IMG/VR virus record: IMGVR_UViG_3300031834_000002
Span: 25,805-89,804 of that record
Origin: a virus
DNA length: 64,000 bases
Reading direction: 5' to 3' (one strand)
A program made the position numbers and the translations under genes. Below the pieces are notes generated by a model. That model ran no database searches. It was not told where the DNA came from and saw only the letters and a list, made by a program, of their open reading frames with translations. Positions 59,021 to 64,000 of this stretch are shown here, piece after piece (within the stretch, counting starts at the first letter, position 1; the number at the start of each line of letters is the position of its first letter).

Positions 59021-60838
59021 TTATTCTCCAGTTTTAAATAAATTATTAAGTCTTTTGATTTCTTCTTCTAAATATTTTAATAGGTCTAATTTATTTTCTA
59101 AACTAAATTTTACTAATTCAGTCTGAAAAAAATATTTTAAACCATCTTGATATTCTTGTTTAGTTAAAATTAATTCTTCTTTTTTTTCAATCTTTTGTCG
59201 CCATTCTATTTTATTTATATTTATTCGTTGTGGTCTCGTCCAACTATTAGCACCTAACCCAGCTTCGGTTATAATTTTGGGAGTAGAATTAAAATCTTTC
59301 TTTAACCAAACTGCTATTGCAAAAACTTTAAAAGCATCGAATACATGGTCTCCTGTTTCAGAAATACATGCATATACTGTTCGAGTTCCAATTGTTCGAG
59401 AAATTACTGAGTTTATTTGATTTAAAAATTTAAAATCTCTTGGCATTAATATTCTGCCTTCGTATAATAAAGTCTTCAAAAATTTATTACTCCATTCAGA
59501 TTGAAATTCTTCTAATAATACTGGTTTGCCATCTTCTACCATTATTTCATTTTTATCATTTTTCTTAAAATCTACACCTATTTTATCTCCACCAGCATAA
59601 CGAACTAAATTATTTAATGGATATTTTTTTTCTGCTCTTCTATACAGACTACGACCTGTTCCATCTCCACAATCAAATCCTATAACATTTGCTTGCAATT
59701 TTTGAATTAACCAATCTATAATTTCCCATTGTTCGTCATCTTTTAAAGAATAAAGAGCAATTCTATAAAGATATTGATATTTATTATCTATTTCTCCAAG
59801 AATAATAATTTCACTTCCGCCAGCACCATCTCCAATATCACCTGCTATAAAAATTCTTTGTATATTTTTAGGTCTTTCTACAACAATTAAATTTTTAAAA
59901 TAATGAAAAGATTCTTTTTTAATTTCAAATATTTTAACTTCTGATTTTTCGTCTATATAAGGTTCTATCCGAGAAATGTCGAATTCGCTGATTCCGTCTT
60001 CTATAACTTCCGCTTTTACAAATATGCGATAAGTAGACGAGTCGATTCCGCCATATTCTTCTCGGCGTGATTCTTCTTCTTTTTTATCAAATGTAGGATT
60101 AACATACTGAGGAAGATTACATATTTTGTTTTTATTTTTTGGGTCGTAAAATGCTCTTCCAGCAGGTGTGAATTTTGTAAAGTTTGTCATTCCAGAACTT
60201 CTTATTACTGCCCCATTTTCAGAAAGAGCGTCTTTTCTTTTATCATAAGATGCAGAATTTTCAAGTGAGGCTTCTTCTATATATATCTTCTTAAAATGTT
60301 TTCCGAACCATTGTCGTCCTGCGTCCTTAGATGCAATATTCATATTCACGCCTTGTAACGTCCAACCATTACGAGCAAATATTTCATATTTTGGTGCACC
60401 ACGAACTCTTTGTTTCCACATTTTTAAAATTGGGTGAAAACAAATTGCACGAACACAAACATCTAATACATCTTGAAGATGTATAGAATCAGCACTTGAA
60501 AAACCTTCTATATCATTTTCATCATGAAGCATAGAAATTGGAATATCTATTTTTTCTGTAACTAAGGATTTTCCATATTTTCTTGCTCCAAAATTATAAA
60601 TATCTCCTGCACCTTTACGAAGTTCGAACTGTTCCTTTGGAGAAAGTTCTGGCATATTTGTATCTATAAATGGTTCTGAAGAAAGAAAAGGATATTGATA
60701 TAATCTCAAAGAACCAAATGTTTCTTTAAATTCGCTAAGGTTATCGAAATTAGAAAACAAACTCTCAGCTAAAGCAACAGGTGTATGAAATAGTTGTATA
60801 AATTCTAATTCTTCTTCTGTTATTCTTTCGGCTATCAT
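59021..60838 (-). CDS. terL: terminase large subunit
   Basis: GARKYGKS Walker A, YIEEA Walker B, IAGDIG, GFD and DHVFDA nuclease motifs. Confidence 0.85.
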   Translation of the reverse strand: MIAERITEEELEFIQLFHTPVALAESLFSNFDNLSEFKETFGSLRLYQYPFLSSEPFIDTNMPELSPKEQFELRKGAGDIYNFGARKYGKSLVTEKIDIPISMLHDENDIEGFSSADSIHLQDVLDVCVRAICFHPILKMWKQRVRGAPKYEIFARNGWTLQGVNMNIASKDAGRQWFGKHFKKIYIEEASLENSASYDKRKDALSENGAVIRSSGMTNFTKFTPAGRAFYDPKNKNKICNLPQYVNPTFDKKEEESRREEYGGIDSSTYRIFVKAEVIEDGISEFDISRIEPYIDEKSEVKIFEIKKESFHYFKNLIVVERPKNIQRIFIAGDIGDGAGGSEIIILGEIDNKYQYLYRIALYSLKDDEQWEIIDWLIQKLQANVIGFDCGDGTGRSLYRRAEKKYPLNNLVRYAGGDKIGVDFKKNDKNEIMVEDGKPVLLEEFQSEWSNKFLKTLLYEGRILMPRDFKFLNQINSVISRTIGTRTVYACISETGDHVFDAFKVFAIAVWLKKDFNSTPKIITEAGLGANSWTRPQRININKIEWRQKIEKKEELILTKQEYQDGLKYFFQTELVKFSLENKLDLLKYLEEEIKRLNNLFKTGE

Positions 60839-60888
60839 AGTTTTTTATTTTTTGGAGTTCAATCAGAAACTAAAGGCAAGCGAAAATC

Positions 60889-61563
60889 TTAAACAGTAGG
60901 ATTAGCCTTATTATCAGTTGGTTCTTTTTTTAAATAAATTTTTTCTTCTAACCAATCAATATACATGTCAGAACAACCTAAGATGTCTGCTACTTGTTTT
61001 TTTGTAATAATATTTTGTTTATATAAATCCCACAATATTTTATTACCTAATACTTTTGATTCAAAGAAAGGATGTTTCATTGTATCCCAAACATCTGATT
61101 TAATATAAAGAAGAATCATCTTCGAGCAATGTGGGCATGTAAATGTTCTATCCTGATTTTCTTTACACCAAACTTTAAATTTATTTTTTAATTGTTCAAT
61201 ATATTTATAACCATCATTACTATCGTTATTATCGAACAATCCTAATTTTGTTTTTAAATTAAAAATTTGTTCGAGATTTTCATTCATTGCATCTACAATA
61301 TATTTTGGAACAGTAAAATCTTTTTGGTCATTTTCTGATTTTGTTTTATTGTCTTTTTTTATCTTTGTTTCTTTATCGGCAATATTATTCTTCATTTTAT
61401 CTTGAAGTAATTCTTTATAAACTAATTCTTCAAGTAATTCCATATCGGAATAATTAGAAATCGAATAAACTTGACAATATTCGTCGAATTTTTCTTGACC
61501 ACGTTTTTTTTCATAGCGGTCTAAACCAATTCCACGATACTCATACTTTTTATTTTCTTCCAT
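60889..61563 (-). CDS. putative terminase small subunit
   Basis: immediately upstream of terL; helical, with CPHC and a C-terminal HTH-like segment. Confidence 0.55.
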   Translation of the reverse strand: MEENKKYEYRGIGLDRYEKKRGQEKFDEYCQVYSISNYSDMELLEELVYKELLQDKMKNNIADKETKIKKDNKTKSENDQKDFTVPKYIVDAMNENLEQIFNLKTKLGLFDNNDSNDGYKYIEQLKNKFKVWCKENQDRTFTCPHCSKMILLYIKSDVWDTMKHPFFESKVLGNKILWDLYKQNIITKKQVADILGCSDMYIDWLEEKIYLKKEPTDNKANPTV

Positions 61564-61580
61564 ACATTTTCTTTTCTTAT

Positions 61581-61616
61581 AAAAAAATTCAGAGGGTAGA
61601 ACTTAGCTACCCTCTG
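61581..61616 (-). terminator. intrinsic terminator in the leader of the late operon
   Basis: CAGAGGGTAG-N7-CTACCCTCTG followed by AATTTTTTT on the - strand. Confidence 0.75.
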
Positions 61617-61683
61617 GCGGTTATATTTATATATTAAGCCATAAGATTTTTATACAAATAGACATATTCCCTCTTCTACTATA

Positions 61684-61712
61684 AGTATACCATACTAACC
61701 TCTTAAATACAA
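61684..61712 (-). promoter_or_regulatory. sigma70-type promoter upstream of the terminase operon
   Basis: TTGTAT-17 bp-TATACT with TG extension. Confidence 0.75.
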
Positions 61713-61761
61713 GGATTTCTCTAAATTAATTTATATCTGAATTATATCTAATAAAAAGCAA

Positions 61762-61821
61762 GGGGGATTAGATTCTTTTATATACTTGCCCTGTAAAGTG
61801 GGCTTCTTTAATCTATCCCCC
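61762..61821 (-). terminator. long stem-loop with U-tract
   Basis: GGGGGATAGATT...AATCTAATCCCCC then TGCTTTTT on the - strand. Confidence 0.6.
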
Positions 61822-61827
61822 AGCGAA

Positions 61828-61989
61828 TTAATCTTCTTTTTTATTATCTGTATATACCTGACCATTTGCATAATCATCTTTACCTCTAAGCATCTTGGTT
61901 TTTAATTCTTTAAAAAAGTATAATAATTTCATCGTATTTTTATCTATATCAAGATAACTATAAAATTTATTCCTTCCGTCTCTCTCCAT
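61828..61989 (-). CDS. small hypothetical protein
   Basis: MERDGRNKF... after a GGAG RBS, between a promoter and a terminator. Confidence 0.5.
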   Translation of the reverse strand: MERDGRNKFYSYLDIDKNTMKLLYFFKELKTKMLRGKDDYANGQVYTDNKKED

Positions 61990-62034
61990 ACATACTCCAT
62001 TTCTATTAAAAGTTAGTTCTATTTTCCTAATACA

Positions 62035-62063
62035 AGTATAACACAACTATTTACAAAAGTCAA
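62035..62063 (-). promoter_or_regulatory. sigma70-type promoter
   Basis: GAAATCA-TTGACT-17 bp-TATACT; upstream bases identical to the promoter at 9412. Confidence 0.8.
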
Positions 62064-62243
62064 TGATTTCTCTTTCCCACCGACGACAAAAATTAAATAA
62101 ATCCCAAAAATCTATACTTTTTTTGTTACCAAACCGCTACAAACCGACGAATTCCTAACCCAAATCTTCTATTATATATATCTATATAATATTTATATAT
62201 CATTGACATATATAGTAATCATATAATATAGATATATAAATAT

Positions 62244-62388
62244 TATAGTAGTAGTTTATTACATAAACTACTACTATAGAATAATGTTTTATACTCGCTA
62301 ACGCTCGTATAAAGGGTCGGGATAAACTATCCCTCCCCTTAGAAAGTTCGTTCCTCACTTTCTTAACAGGATTTCTTTACAAAATCCT
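62244..62388. repeat. array of five adjacent inverted repeats
   Basis: 16-bp perfect arms at 62244-62278, then four 6-7 bp stems. Confidence 0.8.
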
Positions 62389-63712
62389 AATAACAATCTT
62401 GCTAAAGAATTCGTAAGTAAAATGCGATTAACCGAGCTAACTTTTTATATTCTTAATTATTATTAAATTACTAATTAATACGAAATCAGTAACAAACTTA
62501 ATAAAAAGGATAAATAAACAATCCTGTTAGGTATTTCCTAACTATAATACCCGATAGGGAGGAATTGATTCAAATAATCAATCATATTGCTAAAAACCCC
62601 ATACAATCTGCTAAATTACACCCTATCGGATTAAGTTTAAATCTATTCTCGAATGTCAACTCTGACTTGTCATAAAAAGATACTATTATTTGTTACAAAG
62701 AAAACAATATAAATCAATCTTGCCTATTTTTAATAAAAACCTACACACCCCCTGCTAAACTACACCCATAGGGTCAAGGTTAAATGTTATTCGCCCCCAA
62801 GTAGGTTATCATTAAAAAGCTAAATAAGACCCCTCTAATAGATAATTTGAGCATATTTATATAACAACCTAAAATAACACAATTTAGCATATATATTGAA
62901 TTGGAGCACAACAGGATTTAACAAGAATTCACAGAATTTAACATGGGAAGATTTTTGGGGAGTTTTTATAATTATTTTATTATATAAGTCCTTACTATAT
63001 AAAGCGTTAGAAAAATACGGTGGGTATCTAAAACGTTAAGAATTAACTTTTTGCTAAAAAAGACCCTCCGCCTTGATTATTATTGTAACTCATTACATTG
63101 TAATAGGTTATGATTATTATTATAATCTTTATCTGTCATTATACTTTATAGGTATAAATACAAATAGCCTTCTTTTTAGCCGTCTTAAAAAAAAGCCGTT
63201 TTTATTTGTCTTTATACTCTATTTTAGCTCAATCTTGCTTTGTTTATCCTGTTATCTTGTCTTTGTTGCATAATGTTAGGAAGTAACTATTTTATTGTAT
63301 TTGTTATTCAATTAGTTTTTTAACTCTTTTATTCTTAACTAATTTATTGTATTATTATACCATTAGATTGATTGTATTTTTTATAGTAAGGGATTATCTT
63401 GTCTTTATACTTTGGTATAGTTATCTTTGTTTATAGGTGATTATTACATTGTAGTTAAGAATTGACTTTTTATTTAATAGATAAGTATAATCAGATTGAT
63501 GTTGTTGTTAGTGTAAAGGTTATCTATTTATTTTATACAGGCATAGTCAAGGCGTTATTAGTTTTCTTTATCATAAACACAACACAAAAAAGCAATCAAT
63601 TTTAGAATTATCTTTTTATTTTTATTGTATTATCTTTTAGTTATTCGTTATTTTTTATTTTTACCGTCGGAGAATTTGAAATGTTAAGAAAACAAAAGTT
63701 AGCCTGTTTGAC

Positions 63713-63740
63713 TTGTATTTTTTTTATAGTATGCTATAAT
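63713..63740 (+). promoter_or_regulatory. extended -10 promoter facing rightwards
   Basis: TTGTAT-16 bp-TATAAT with TG; RBS and ATG at 63768. Confidence 0.6.
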
Positions 63741-63767
63741 AGTATTGAGGATAGGAAAGGGGATAAA

Positions 63768-63881
63768 ATGAAAATACAAAAAATTGACTGTTTAATAAAA
63801 GCAAGAAAAATTGCAAAACGTTGTGGCGGTTTTACCATAGATTATTATTATAAATTATTGACAAAGTATAAACTATGGTAA
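63768..63881 (+). CDS. 37-aa hypothetical protein
   Basis: GGAAAGGGG RBS downstream of the promoter. Confidence 0.5.
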   Translation: MKIQKIDCLIKARKIAKRCGGFTIDYYYKLLTKYKLW

Positions 63882-63900
63882 AAATTTTTTTCATACCTTC

Positions 63901-64000
63901 GGCAAGGGCGAAGCCAAAGCCGAAGGCAAGGGCGAAGCCAAAGCCGAAGGCAAGGGCGAAGCCAAAGCCGAAGGCAAGGGCGAAGCCAAAGCCGAAGGCA
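63901..64000. repeat. GC-rich 24-bp perfect tandem repeat (at least 4 copies, runs off the window)
   Basis: GGCAAGGGCGAAGCCAAAGCCGAA four times plus GGCA. Confidence 0.95.

Noticed and set aside
61564-63700. tRNA genes or a 66-aa gene at 63073-63273
   Set aside because: No cloverleaf or T-loop consensus noticed by eye; the ORF is low-complexity T-rich sequence without an RBS
63901-64000. CRISPR array
   Set aside because: Units are head-to-tail with no unique spacers, and no cas genes are present
1-64000. Genome-wide stop-codon reassignment
   Set aside because: Long genes are intact in code 11, and TGA/TAG end genes at sensible places (ATGA overlaps, capsid TAG); only one internal TGA was seen

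Overview
A 64 kb, very AT-rich stretch of a large tailed bacteriophage, probably a siphovirus (tape measure and tail tube present, no sheath seen). The host is bacterial and uses sigma70-type promoters and Shine-Dalgarno sites. The + arm (1-25.7 kb) carries recombination and replication genes: RuvC-like and Hjc-like resolvases, RecA, a UvsY-like protein, family-B DNA polymerase and SbcD/SbcC. It also carries a ribosomal protein bS21 gene. It ends in a nine-gene glycan cluster: SDR, DUF2284, TagD-like cytidylyltransferase, LicD, an intein-containing LicD-GT fusion, a GT fused to a degenerate LicD, a third GT, a Maf/GT42-like protein and a membrane protein. The - arm (61.6 to 25.7 kb) is a virion module: terminase, portal with a ChaB tail, head fibres, a zinc-ribbon protease/scaffold, capsid, nested-LamG fibre, neck, tail tube, tape measure and tail tip. 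Seven free-standing Cys-rich endonuclease genes are scattered through both arms. The divergent region at 61.6-64 kb holds promoters, a leader/terminator upstream of the late operon, a hairpin array, iteron-like repeats and a GC-rich 24-bp tandem repeat built from GAA mini-hairpins. The best candidate for an undescribed system is the glycan cluster, which resembles a fukutin/FKRP plus B4GALNT-like alditol-phosphate pathway. All family calls come from motifs read by eye; no database searches were run.
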